Below, one piece after another: positions 40,508 through 49,082 of a stretch of 64,000 nucleotides of DNA. The DNA is taken from positions 28,593-92,592 of the forward strand of contig VFJN01000022.1 in assembly GCA_009886035.1 (NCBI GenBank), written 5' to 3'. The notes beneath the pieces were generated by a model, which saw only the letters and a program-made list of their open reading frames with translations, did no database searches and was not told where the DNA came from. The position numbers were made by a program, and so were the translations under genes. Positions within the stretch are counted from its first letter, which is position 1; each line of letters opens with the position of its first letter. This DNA is from Actinomycetota bacterium (GTDB lineage: Bacteria; Actinomycetota; Acidimicrobiia; Acidimicrobiales; VFJN01).

Positions 40508-41411
40508 CGATTTCTGCGTTGAGGGGCACTTCTTCCGCCCCCGCTCGGGCTCGTGCCGACCGCAATGCTCGCAGTGTGATGGCGGTGGTCAGCAGGCCCA
40601 GGCCCAGGCCGGTTCCGGCCGCCAGGGCCGTGGGGGCGCCGAGCAACTTGAGGGCAGAGGCCACCAGGACGGCTACCAGGACGGGGCGAAGGGCATGACT
40701 GGGGGCACGACTTGAGAGGCGGGCTCCGGCGTACACGCCTGGCACACAGCCGAGGAGAAGTGAGGTTGTGAGGGCCAGTTGGAAGTCGCCGAAGAGGAGA
40801 TGGCCAATGGCGGCGGAGGCCACGAGGGGTACGGCTTGCACGAGGTCGGTGCCCACGAGGGTTGAGCTTTGGAGTCGGGGGTAGAGCAGCAGCAGGAGCA
40901 CGATGATCAACGAACCCGAACCCACCGAGGTGAGCCCGACCACGAGGCCACCGAGCACTCCTACCGCGATGGTGGGCATGGCTCGCACCAGCACCTGATC
41001 GACGGGCACAGATTGCTCCGGTCGGTTGGCCTGGATCAAGGTCTTGATCGTCATAGCGGTGGCGGCCACCAGCAGGGTGGCGCCCAGCAGTGTCCGCAGG
41101 CGGGATTCGAGTTCGGCGCCATCGCCGAGGAGTTGCAGCAGGAGCACTCCGATAAAAGCGCTGGGAATGGATCCGATGACGAGGTATTTCACGATGCCGG
41201 TGTGCACGGTGCCGCGCCGGAGGTGCACCGAACCGCCGATCGGTTTCATGATCACTGACGCCACAATGTCGCTCGATACGGCGGCGAGCGGGTTGATGTT
41301 GAAGAAGAGGATCAGCACGGGTGTCATGAGCGCGCCGCCCCCCATCCCGGTGAGTCCCACGGTGAAGCCCACGAGAAGCCCGGCGAGGGAGACGGCGAGG
41401 TCGATGGACAT
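40494..41411 (-). CDS. TauE/SafE family sulfite/anion exporter
   Basis: Polytopic membrane protein with the GMGGGALMTPVL motif repeated as GSGSLIIVLLL. Confidence 0.75.
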   Translation of the reverse strand: MSIDLAVSLAGLLVGFTVGLTGMGGGALMTPVLILFFNINPLAAVSSDIVASVIMKPIGGSVHLRRGTVHTGIVKYLVIGSIPSAFIGVLLLQLLGDGAELESRLRTLLGATLLVAATAMTIKTLIQANRPEQSVPVDQVLVRAMPTIAVGVLGGLVVGLTSVGSGSLIIVLLLLLYPRLQSSTLVGTDLVQAVPLVASAAIGHLLFGDFQLALTTSLLLGCVPGVYAGARLSSRAPSHALRPVLVAVLVASALKLLGAPTALAAGTGLGLGLLTTAITLRALRSARARAGAEEVPLNAEIVSER

Positions 41412-41425
41412 GGATGAACATTACC

Positions 41426-41434
41426 TATAAAAAT
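41426..41434. promoter_or_regulatory. AT-rich box (TATAAAAAT) in the divergent tauE/bcp intergenic region, a candidate -10 element
   Basis: The only strongly AT-rich stretch in this intergenic region. It lies about 90 nt upstream of the bcp ATG. No -35 element assigned. Confidence 0.25.
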
Positions 41435-41526
41435 GGTCGGAATGGAAGGGAATGTGGCGGGGGCGGGGGCAAGCCCTCTCGGGGGGCTCGGAACTCGGCG
41501 ATCTTCTCGGGCGCTACGGTCGTCGT

Positions 41527-41979
41527 ATGCCGCTCAACCCTGGTGACAAAGCCCCGGCCCTCAAGCTCACTGATCAGGCGGGCAACACGGTGCAACTGAA
41601 GGACTTCCAGGGCCAGAAGGTGTTCATCTTCTTCTACCCGAAGGCGGACACGCCAGGCTGCACCACCCAGGCCTGCGGGATGCGCGACGTGCTCGGGGAC
41701 ATCGGAGAGATCGTCGTGCTCGGGGTTAGCCCGGACCTACCGGCCAAGCAGGCCAAGTTCGATGAGAAGTACGGGCTCGGCTTCCCGCTGTTGTCCGATG
41801 AAGACCACGCCCTCGCCGAGGCCTACGGGGTGTGGGGAGAGAAGTCGATGTACGGCAAGAAATACATGGGCATCGTCCGCTCGGCGTTCTTGATCGACGA
41901 GTCCGGCAGGATCGCCGAAGCGTGGCTGAAGGTCAGCCCCAAGGACACGCCGGCCAACCTCCTCAAGACCCTTGCCTGA
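41527..41979 (+). CDS. bcp: thiol peroxidase (peroxiredoxin Bcp)
   Basis: ATG at 41527. FFYPKADTPGCTTQAC active-site motif. Confidence 0.9.
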   Translation: MPLNPGDKAPALKLTDQAGNTVQLKDFQGQKVFIFFYPKADTPGCTTQACGMRDVLGDIGEIVVLGVSPDLPAKQAKFDEKYGLGFPLLSDEDHALAEAYGVWGEKSMYGKKYMGIVRSAFLIDESGRIAEAWLKVSPKDTPANLLKTLA

Positions 41980-42400
41980 GTGGCCTTCGCCGGCGGAGGT
42001 GCTGCCCCATGCGGCGCCCTTCCTTTTTGTCGACGAACTGCTGGCGGTAGTGCCGGGCATCTCCGCCACCGGGCGGTGGCACCTCAGCGGCGAGGAGGCA
42101 TTCTTCGCCGGCCACTTCCCGGGACGACCCACCTTGCCCGGCGTGCTCATGGTGGAGGCACTGGCTCAGGTGGGGGCAATCGCCGTGCTGCTGGAGCCGC
42201 GTTACGCCGGCCGGCTCCCGTTGTTCGGGGGCATCGATGGTGTGCGTTTTCGGCGTCAGGTTCAGCCGGGCGAAACACTCGACCTCCACGTCGAGATGGG
42301 TCGGCTCTCCGCCCGGGCCGGCAAGGGCCACGGACGGGCCTCGGTCGATGGCGAGACGGCCTGTGAGGTGGATCTGCTCTTTATGATTGTCGACGGGTGA
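41972..42400 (+). CDS. fabZ: 3-hydroxyacyl-ACP dehydratase
   Basis: TTG start overlapping the bcp 3' end. LPHAAPFLFVD and FFAGHFPGRPTLPGVLMVEALAQ motifs. Confidence 0.85.
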   Translation: MPEWPSPAEVLPHAAPFLFVDELLAVVPGISATGRWHLSGEEAFFAGHFPGRPTLPGVLMVEALAQVGAIAVLLEPRYAGRLPLFGGIDGVRFRRQVQPGETLDLHVEMGRLSARAGKGHGRASVDGETACEVDLLFMIVDG

Positions 42401-42413
42401 TGACCCGGCGGCA

Positions 42414-42932
42414 ATGAGTGGCGCAAGGGTGCCGGTCATCCACTCCACCATCGACACCCCCATCGGCCCGCTGCTGCTGGCGGCCACGCCCGTTGGCCTC
42501 GTGCGGGTGGCCTTCGCCGGGGAGGGTTGGGACGAGGTACTGGCCGACCTGGCGCAGGGTTTCGGTACTGGCCCGGTCGCCGCCGGGGGCGCGCTCGACC
42601 AGATCCAATGTCAGTTCGACGAATACTTCGCCGGTCAGCGCCGACGCTTCAGCGTGCCGATCCACTGGTGGGCGTCGCCGGGGTTTCGGCGCAGGGCGTG
42701 CGAGACGCTCTACGAGAACGTTGATTTTGGTCATACGGTGAGCTATCTCGAGCTCGCCACCATGGCGGGAAACCCCAAAGCCAGCCGGGCGGTCGGTGGC
42801 GCCATGGCCACGAATCCAATCCCGATCGTCGTGCCGTGCCATCGCGTCGTTCGCTCCAGTGGGCACCTCGGCGGTTATCGCGGTGGTCTCTCCGCCAAGG
42901 CCCAACTCCTCGAACTCGAAGCCGGCGCCTGA
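42414..42932 (+). CDS. ogt: methylated-DNA--protein-cysteine methyltransferase
   Basis: PIVVPCHRVV active site. Start is ATG 42414 (or TTG 42387, which overlaps fabZ). Confidence 0.85.
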   Translation: MSGARVPVIHSTIDTPIGPLLLAATPVGLVRVAFAGEGWDEVLADLAQGFGTGPVAAGGALDQIQCQFDEYFAGQRRRFSVPIHWWASPGFRRRACETLYENVDFGHTVSYLELATMAGNPKASRAVGGAMATNPIPIVVPCHRVVRSSGHLGGYRGGLSAKAQLLELEAGA

Positions 42933-43019
42933 GGTCCTCATCGCCGGGCGGGCGAGGCTGGGGGCACCAGCGGTCGGTGGATGGGGGCGGATGCCCCCAA
43001 GGGTCACCGCGGCGGAGGG

Positions 43020-44192
43020 TTACGCGGGGGCGAGGATGAGGGTGCCGTTGTGGCCGCCGAAGCCGAAGCTGTTCGACAGCGTGGGGCCGGGGGTCCAGGG
43101 CCGGGCGTCGCCGATCACGAGATCAATGGCAGGGAGGTCGGGGTCCACTTCGGTGGTCACCGCCGTAGGGGGGATGAGGCCCCGTCGCATTGATTCCACT
43201 ACTGCCACTGCCTCAATGGCCCCCGCGGCGCCCAGGGCATGGCCGGTCACGCCCTTGATGGATGTCACCGGCGGTCCCGTCGAGCCGAAGAGCGTGGCCA
43301 TGGCCTCCGCTTCGGCCCCATCGTTCAGCGGGGTCGAAGTGCCGTGGGCGTTCACATGGGCGATGTCGGTGGGGGTGAGGCCGGTAGTGGCGAGCGCGAT
43401 CTGCATGCACGAGAGCGCCCCGCGTCCACCCGGGGCGGGGGCGGTGATGTGGTGGGCGTCGGCGGTGGATGCCCCGCCGAGTACCTCAGCGAGAATGGTG
43501 GCGCCTCGCGCCTCGGCTACCTCCCAGGCCTCCAAGATGACCACGGCAGCCCCCTCGGCCATCACGAAGCCATCCCGGGTGGCGGAGAACGGCTCGGAGA
43601 TCTGACGCGACGACATGGCGGTCATGTTCGTGAACCCGGCGATGGCCACCGGGGTCATGGCGGCCTCCGAGCCGCCGGCCGCTACCGCATCACACCGCCC
43701 CGTGGCGATCCACAGGGCGGCGTCGATGAGAGCGTGGGTGCCCGCCGCGCATGCGGTACTCACGGTCTGGCAGGGCCCCTGCCAACCCCACCGCATCGAA
43801 ACCGTGGCGCTGGGTGCGTTGGGCATCATCATCGGCACCAGGAAGGGAGATACCCGCCGGGCACCCTTGTTGGCGTGCACGAGAATCTGTTCTTCCAGGG
43901 TGCTGATGCCGCCGATACCGGTACCGATGAGCACGCCGCGCCGCGCTGGATCACCGTCGATGACACCAGCCTGAGCGAGGGCCTGCGTGGCGGCCGCCAG
44001 GGCCAGTTGGGTGACGCGATCCGCTCGGCGCGCTTCCTTCGGGTTGTCGAAGATCGCCGTCGCATCGAAGTCGTGCACTCGGCGTTCACCCGAGGGGGGT
44101 GGGGCGTTGAGGCCCTGCCAAAACGCATCCACCCCCGTACCGCAGGAGGACACAACACCGGTACCGGTGACGGCAACCCGTCGCAGTTCCAT
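43020..44192 (-). CDS. fabF: beta-ketoacyl-ACP synthase II
   Basis: RVAVTGTG N-terminus, active-site TVSTACAAG, HGTSTPLND and SNSFGFGGHN. Confidence 0.9.
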   Translation of the reverse strand: MELRRVAVTGTGVVSSCGTGVDAFWQGLNAPPPSGERRVHDFDATAIFDNPKEARRADRVTQLALAAATQALAQAGVIDGDPARRGVLIGTGIGGISTLEEQILVHANKGARRVSPFLVPMMMPNAPSATVSMRWGWQGPCQTVSTACAAGTHALIDAALWIATGRCDAVAAGGSEAAMTPVAIAGFTNMTAMSSRQISEPFSATRDGFVMAEGAAVVILEAWEVAEARGATILAEVLGGASTADAHHITAPAPGGRGALSCMQIALATTGLTPTDIAHVNAHGTSTPLNDGAEAEAMATLFGSTGPPVTSIKGVTGHALGAAGAIEAVAVVESMRRGLIPPTAVTTEVDPDLPAIDLVIGDARPWTPGPTLSNSFGFGGHNGTLILAPA

Positions 44193-44194
44193 CG

Positions 44195-44440
44195 CTAGGA
44201 CGCTGCGCTGAGCTTGCCTTCGACCATGGAGAAGGCCTGTCCCACGGTGGTGATGTCTTCCAACTCGCTCTCCTCAACGGTGATCTCGAACTCGTCCTCG
44301 AGGGCCATGATCAATTCGGCGAGGTCGAGGCTGTCGGCGTTGAGGTCGTCGGCGAAGTTGGCTTCCTTGGTGACGGCAGTGGCATCGACGGCCAATACCT
44401 CCACCGCCAAGGCCTGGAATCGTTCGAAGGTGTCGCTCAT
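44195..44440 (-). CDS. acpP: acyl carrier protein
   Basis: 81 aa and acidic, with the DLNADSLD phosphopantetheine-attachment motif. Confidence 0.9.
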   Translation of the reverse strand: MSDTFERFQALAVEVLAVDATAVTKEANFADDLNADSLDLAELIMALEDEFEITVEESELEDITTVGQAFSMVEGKLSAAS

Positions 44441-44476
44441 GGTGTGTCTCCTCTACGTAGGGGTGGGTGGGTGAGG

Positions 44477-45199
44477 TTAGAAGCCCATCCCGAGACCGCC
44501 GTCCACCGGGACGACGGCGCCGGTGATGAAGGCGGCGGGGTTGGATGCGAGGAAGCTGACGGTCGCGGCCACTTCCTCGGGCGTGCCGATGCGGCCGACC
44601 GGGATAACACCAGCGAGCGCCGCCCGTTTGTCGGCCGGCATCGCGCCGAGCATGTCGGTATCGATTGGGCCCGGCGCCACCACGTTGGCGGTGATGCCCC
44701 GGGGGCCGTACTCGCGGGCGATGGAGCGAGCCAGGCCGATGAGGCCGGCTTTGGAAGCGGCGTAATTGGCCTGCCCGGGGGCCCCGACATAAGCGCCCAC
44801 CGACGACACGATCACGATGCGACCCCACCGGGCCTTCATCATGCCCGGGAGCACGCGTTTGGTCATGCGCCAAGTGGCCGTGAGGTTCGTGTCGATTACC
44901 GCACTGAAGTCGCTCTCCGACATGCGCACCAGTAGCCCGTCGCGGGTGATCCCGGCGTTAGCCACCAGGACCTCAACGGGACCAAGTTGTTCCTCGATCT
45001 CGCTTACCGCCGCGTCTACCTGCACCGGGTCGGTCACGTCGCAGGCCACTGCCATCAGGCTTGGCTCGTCTACCGCCGTGGACGAGAAGGTGACCGCCAC
45101 CCGATGACCATCGGCCGCCAAGGCGCGGGCGCAGGCAAGACCGATGCCGCGGCTGCCACCGGTCACCAGGATGGTGCGAGGGGTCGGCTCGATGGTCAT
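44477..45199 (-). CDS. fabG: 3-oxoacyl-ACP reductase
   Basis: ATG at 45199 overlaps the fabH stop (ATGA). TGGSRGIG, NAG, YAASKAG and a C-terminal GGLGM-like motif. Confidence 0.85.
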   Translation of the reverse strand: MTIEPTPRTILVTGGSRGIGLACARALAADGHRVAVTFSSTAVDEPSLMAVACDVTDPVQVDAAVSEIEEQLGPVEVLVANAGITRDGLLVRMSESDFSAVIDTNLTATWRMTKRVLPGMMKARWGRIVIVSSVGAYVGAPGQANYAASKAGLIGLARSIAREYGPRGITANVVAPGPIDTDMLGAMPADKRAALAGVIPVGRIGTPEEVAATVSFLASNPAAFITGAVVPVDGGLGMGF

Positions 45200-46140
45200 G
45201 TAGCCCATTCGATCACGGCGGACGCCCAGGACATCCCCGCGCCGAAACCGGTGACCAGCACCCGGTCGCCCGGAGCCAATCGACCGGCCTCAGCCGCCAT
45301 GGACAGGGCCAAGGGAATGGAGGCGGCTGAGGTGTTACCAACGTTGGCGAGATTGTTCATCGTGCGGTCCTCACTGATGCCGAGGCGGGTGCAGGCGCTA
45401 GTGAGAATACGGGCATTGGCCTGATGGGGCACGAAGAGCGCAATGTCGTCGATACCTAACCCGGCGTGGTGGAGGGCCCGTTGGGCGGACTCCACCATGA
45501 CGCGGACCGCTTGGCGGAACACCTCCTGGCCCTCCATGCGGATGGTGCCGCCCACCTCGGCGGTCAGGAGGTGACTCATCGACCCGTCGGATCCGAGGTC
45601 GAAGCCCAACAGTCCCCCAGGGCCTTCGCTGCGCTCGGCCACCACGGCGGCGGCACCATCGCCGAAGAGGATGGCGGTGCCGCGATCGTCCCAATCGACG
45701 AGGCGAGACATGGTTTCGGACCCGATGAGAAGGATGCGCCGCAAGCCCGCCCGCAGGAACCCGTCGGTGGCGACGAGTCCGTAGACGAATCCGGAGCAGG
45801 CCGCGTTGAGGTCAACGGCACCGCCGCGCACGCCTAGTTCGTGCTGGATGACATTGGCGCTGGCGGGGAGGGCGGCGTCGGGGGTGGAGGTGCACAACAG
45901 CACCAGGTCGATGGCATCGCCGGTAACCCCGGCGCGTTCCATGGCCGCTCGGCCGGCGGCGATGCCCAGTGAGGTGGTGGTGCCGCCAATGCGGCGCTCC
46001 CGGATGCCCGTCCGGGACAGGATCCACTCGTCGGTGGTATCGAGCGTGCGCTCCAGGTCGGCATTGGTAATGACCTTGTCGGGCAGGGCGCTGCCCCATC
46101 CGATGATGCGCGTGTGGGACGACGGCACGTCCCCCATCAT
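45196..46140 (-). CDS. fabH: beta-ketoacyl-ACP synthase III
   Basis: DEWILSRTGIRERR, the active-site AACSGF, and HQAN/GNTSAAS motifs. Confidence 0.9.
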   Translation of the reverse strand: MMGDVPSSHTRIIGWGSALPDKVITNADLERTLDTTDEWILSRTGIRERRIGGTTTSLGIAAGRAAMERAGVTGDAIDLVLLCTSTPDAALPASANVIQHELGVRGGAVDLNAACSGFVYGLVATDGFLRAGLRRILLIGSETMSRLVDWDDRGTAILFGDGAAAVVAERSEGPGGLLGFDLGSDGSMSHLLTAEVGGTIRMEGQEVFRQAVRVMVESAQRALHHAGLGIDDIALFVPHQANARILTSACTRLGISEDRTMNNLANVGNTSAASIPLALSMAAEAGRLAPGDRVLVTGFGAGMSWASAVIEWAT

Positions 46141-46180
46141 GCTGGATGGGCGAAGCGTGGTGCGGCCGGTTGGTCGGCGG

Positions 46181-47350
46181 TCATGCAGTGCGCAGCCAGG
46201 CCACCGGTTGGCTGCGGGTGAGCCGCTCCCCGGTTACGGCCAGAAGACCCTTGACGGTGCCGTGGAACGGCGAGCGAATCTCGTGGCCCGCCACATGGCC
46301 GATGATGCGCCCTCGCTCGATGTGCTGACCTTCGGCTAGGTCCGACGCCGGCACGAACAGGCCGGCCGTGGGGCTGACCACTAGCCGTTCGGATGCGAAG
46401 AGGTGCTCGCCGCCGTGATGGTCGAGGTCGTCGCGGGTGGCCGCTGAGGCCACGACGGCGTTGAGGTCACCGGGTTCCGTGACGGCGATGGCGGTTCCCT
46501 CGGCGGCCGATCGCTTGGCGAGGCCGGTTAGTACCGAGCCGGGGCCGAGTTCCAGGAAGGTGGTGATGCCATCGTCCACCATGCGTTGCATGGTTTGGCG
46601 CCAGAGCACCGGGGCGGTGAGTTGCGCTTCCAGAAGGTCGGCCCACTGATCGGCGTGCTGATGGGGGAGGCCATCCACGTTGGCGATGACCGGTACTTCG
46701 GCATTGGCGAAGGGCGTGGTGTCGAGGGCGGCCCGCAGTCGATCGGCGGCGGGTGCCATGAAGGGAGTGTGAAAGGCACCGCCGACGCTCAATAGCAGCA
46801 CTTTGCGGGCCCCCATCGTCTTGGCGATGGCGCTGGCGTTGGCGATGGCATCGGCATCGCCCGAGATGATGACCTGGCCGGGGCCATTTGTGTTCGCCAC
46901 CCAAACGTCACCGGCGGCGCGGGCGCAGGCTTCGGCCACCACGTCATCGTCGGCCCCCAGAACCGCGGCCATAGTGCCGGAGCGGGCATCGGCCGCCGAT
47001 TGCATGGCGCGGGCCCGGGCCGCCACCAGGCGTACCCCATCGGTGAGGGAAAGCGCCCCCACGGCGGTGAGGGCGGAGTATTCGCCGAGGCTGTGTCCCG
47101 CCACCACCGTTGTGCGCACGCCAAGCGCTCGCACAGCATCGTGGATGACGAGGCTCAGCACGTAGGTGGAGAGTTGGGCATTCTCGGTCCGGCGGAGTTC
47201 GTCAGCGTCGGCGTCAAGGAGGAGAGCGGCCACGTCGCGGCCGCTCGCTTCGGAGGCAAGGGCGACGAGAGACCACGACGGGTGGTCGATCCAGGATCGG
47301 CCCATACCGGGCTTTTGGGAACCTTGGCCGGGGAAGATGAAAGCGAGCAT
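46181..47350 (-). CDS. fabD: malonyl-CoA:ACP transacylase with an extra ~85-aa C-terminal barrel-sandwich (BCCP-like) domain
   Basis: FPGQGSQ, GHSLGEYSAL and GAFHT motifs in the first ~300 aa. The ORF continues to 389 aa with a BCCP-like pattern that lacks the MKM lysine. Confidence 0.85.
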   Translation of the reverse strand: MLAFIFPGQGSQKPGMGRSWIDHPSWSLVALASEASGRDVAALLLDADADELRRTENAQLSTYVLSLVIHDAVRALGVRTTVVAGHSLGEYSALTAVGALSLTDGVRLVAARARAMQSAADARSGTMAAVLGADDDVVAEACARAAGDVWVANTNGPGQVIISGDADAIANASAIAKTMGARKVLLLSVGGAFHTPFMAPAADRLRAALDTTPFANAEVPVIANVDGLPHQHADQWADLLEAQLTAPVLWRQTMQRMVDDGITTFLELGPGSVLTGLAKRSAAEGTAIAVTEPGDLNAVVASAATRDDLDHHGGEHLFASERLVVSPTAGLFVPASDLAEGQHIERGRIIGHVAGHEIRSPFHGTVKGLLAVTGERLTRSQPVAWLRTA

Positions 47351-47491
47351 TGGTGGTCTGACTGTGGGGAGGCCGCTGGCGTTTCACAATCGCAGAAAGT
47401 TCCCGTCGGGTAATGCCATGCCCGGTCGTGAAGATGTGATGAGGGTCACGGTGCGGATGCGGTGAGGACGGGAGGTACGCTCTGCGCCCAC

Positions 47492-47574
47492 GCCCGGATG
47501 GTGGAATGGCATACACGGCGCACTCAAACTGCGCTGCCCGTAAGGGCTTGCGGGTTCAAATCCCGCTCCGGGCA
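47492..47574 (+). tRNA. tRNA-Leu (anticodon CAA), type II with long variable arm; CCA not encoded
   Basis: Hand-folded cloverleaf. Acceptor GCCCGGA/TCCGGGC; anticodon stem GCGCA/TGCGC with loop CTCAAAC; variable arm GCCC-GTAA-GGGC; T-arm GCGGG-TTCAAAT-CCCGC. Confidence 0.9.
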
Positions 47575-47631
47575 CACAGGCATGAGGTGTGACCCCTCGG
47601 CCGGGCCGACTGCGCCAGCGTGGCGGCGTTG

Positions 47632-48114
47632 TTACGGTCCTTTTCCCGCTCGCTCGGCGATGAATGCGTCGAGGTCATCGATCGCGAGGGATGGGCAGAT
47701 TCGCTTGGCTCGCCATGCGGTGGCCACCACCACCTCGGGGAGGTCGGCGTTGGGGGCCACCACCACTCCGGTGCGGGCGAGGGCTTCGAGCGCGGTTCGA
47801 TCGGGGGCGGAAAGTTCGGGGCCGTACTGCACGAGCACGTCCCCCCGCTCGAGGATCCCCACCTGGAGCGAGGCGCTCAGCGGCGTGGACCGTGCCCCGC
47901 TGATCCGGGGGGAGGGTTGGTGGGGGCCAGAGGTGGGTGGATCGGAGGTGTACTGCAGGGGGACGTCGTCGTCGAGCACGTGCACCAGATAGGCCGGGTC
48001 GAGGGCCTCAATGGTGATGGGATCGCAACCGCCGGCCGAACTGGTGCCGCCACACCCCGCCGCCAGGAGTGCCGTCACGAGCGTGACCCGCATGGGAATG
48101 CCCAACCGTGCCAT
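47632..48114 (-). CDS. DUF3105-like secreted lipoprotein
   Basis: Lipobox LLAAGC. The YTSDPPTSGPH motif matches my recollection of DUF3105. Start 48114 or 48093. Confidence 0.55.
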   Translation of the reverse strand: MARLGIPMRVTLVTALLAAGCGGTSSAGGCDPITIEALDPAYLVHVLDDDVPLQYTSDPPTSGPHQPSPRISGARSTPLSASLQVGILERGDVLVQYGPELSAPDRTALEALARTGVVVAPNADLPEVVVATAWRAKRICPSLAIDDLDAFIAERAGKGP

Positions 48115-48167
48115 GCCCTCATGATGCCAGATCAGGGAGCGGACCCAGCCAGGGGTACGATGCGAAC

Positions 48168-48464
48168 ATGTCACGGTCCCTTGTCGAACGACGCTTATCG
48201 GAACTGAGTACGCGCCTGCGTCAGTTGCGAGAAGAACTGGCGGTGTCGGAGGAGCAACGAGGGCCGCTCGTCGAGGCCGTCGATGATGCTCGCCTCCGGT
48301 CGCTGGTTTCCGAGACCCCGGTGGCGGATCGCGAGCATCACGATGCCCAACGCCATGCCGAGGCCATGCAACGGCATTGCACCGATGTGGTGGAGCAGAT
48401 CACTCGTCTTGAGCAACAGCAGGACGATCTCCTTGACCGGCTGCTGGCCGAGATGAAGCCCTAG
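48168..48464 (+). CDS. small coiled-coil hypothetical protein (98 aa)
   Basis: ATG at 48168. Heptad-like charged helices. No family recognised. Confidence 0.4.
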   Translation: MSRSLVERRLSELSTRLRQLREELAVSEEQRGPLVEAVDDARLRSLVSETPVADREHHDAQRHAEAMQRHCTDVVEQITRLEQQQDDLLDRLLAEMKP

Positions 48465-48494
48465 GAAACAGCGCGCTATGAAAGGACTCCGATA

Positions 48495-49076
48495 GTGAAG
48501 ACCCGCGTCGTCATCGCCGAAGACGAAGCCATCATCCGGCTTGATTTGAGGGAGACCCTCGAAGAAGAGGGCTATGAAGTGGTGGGGGAGACGGGTCGTG
48601 GCGATGAAGCCGTTGAACTGGTGCGCGATCTCGCCCCCGATGTCGCCATTTTGGATATCAAGATGCCGGGGCTCGATGGCTTGGAAGCGGCGCGCGCCAT
48701 CAGCGCTGAGCGCCGGGCGGCGGTGCTCATTCTCACGGCTTTTTCGCAACGTGATTTGATCGAGCAGGCTCGTGATGCTGGCGCGCTGGCCTATCTCGTG
48801 AAGCCGTTCCAGCGATCGGAACTCATCCCCGCCGTCGAGGTGGCGCTCGGTCGCTTTCGGGAGATCCAGGCCCTATTCGACCAAAACGCCAGCCTCGAAG
48901 ATCAACTCGAGACCCGTAAGGTGGTGGACCGGGCCAAGGGGTTACTCATGGATCAGCACGGGCTGAGCGAGTCCAACGCGTTCTCCTGGATCCAGAAGCG
49001 CGCCATGCAGGATCGCCGGCCCATGCGAGCCGTCGCGGAAGATGTGATCTCTGGCGACTTGTCGCCGGAGGGTTAG
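48495..49076 (+). CDS. pdtaR: response regulator with ANTAR RNA-binding output domain (PdtaR-like)
   Basis: GTG start. Receiver domain (VVIAEDE...DVAILDIKMPGLDG...KP) plus an ANTAR helix region (RKVVDRAKGLLM...AFSWIQKRAM). It sits just upstream of polA, as in mycobacteria. Confidence 0.85.
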   Translation: MKTRVVIAEDEAIIRLDLRETLEEEGYEVVGETGRGDEAVELVRDLAPDVAILDIKMPGLDGLEAARAISAERRAAVLILTAFSQRDLIEQARDAGALAYLVKPFQRSELIPAVEVALGRFREIQALFDQNASLEDQLETRKVVDRAKGLLMDQHGLSESNAFSWIQKRAMQDRRPMRAVAEDVISGDLSPEG

Positions 49077-49082
49077 GCCTCG

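Noticed and set aside
40303-41421. 372-aa minus-strand ORF in an alternative frame overlapping the TauE/SafE gene.
   Set aside because: Extremely Arg/Pro-rich translation. The 40494..41411 frame gives a coherent polytopic membrane protein with family motifs.
47384-47575. 63-aa minus-strand ORF (…AGFEPASPYG…).
   Set aside because: It is the reverse translation of the tRNA-Leu gene, a classic artefact.
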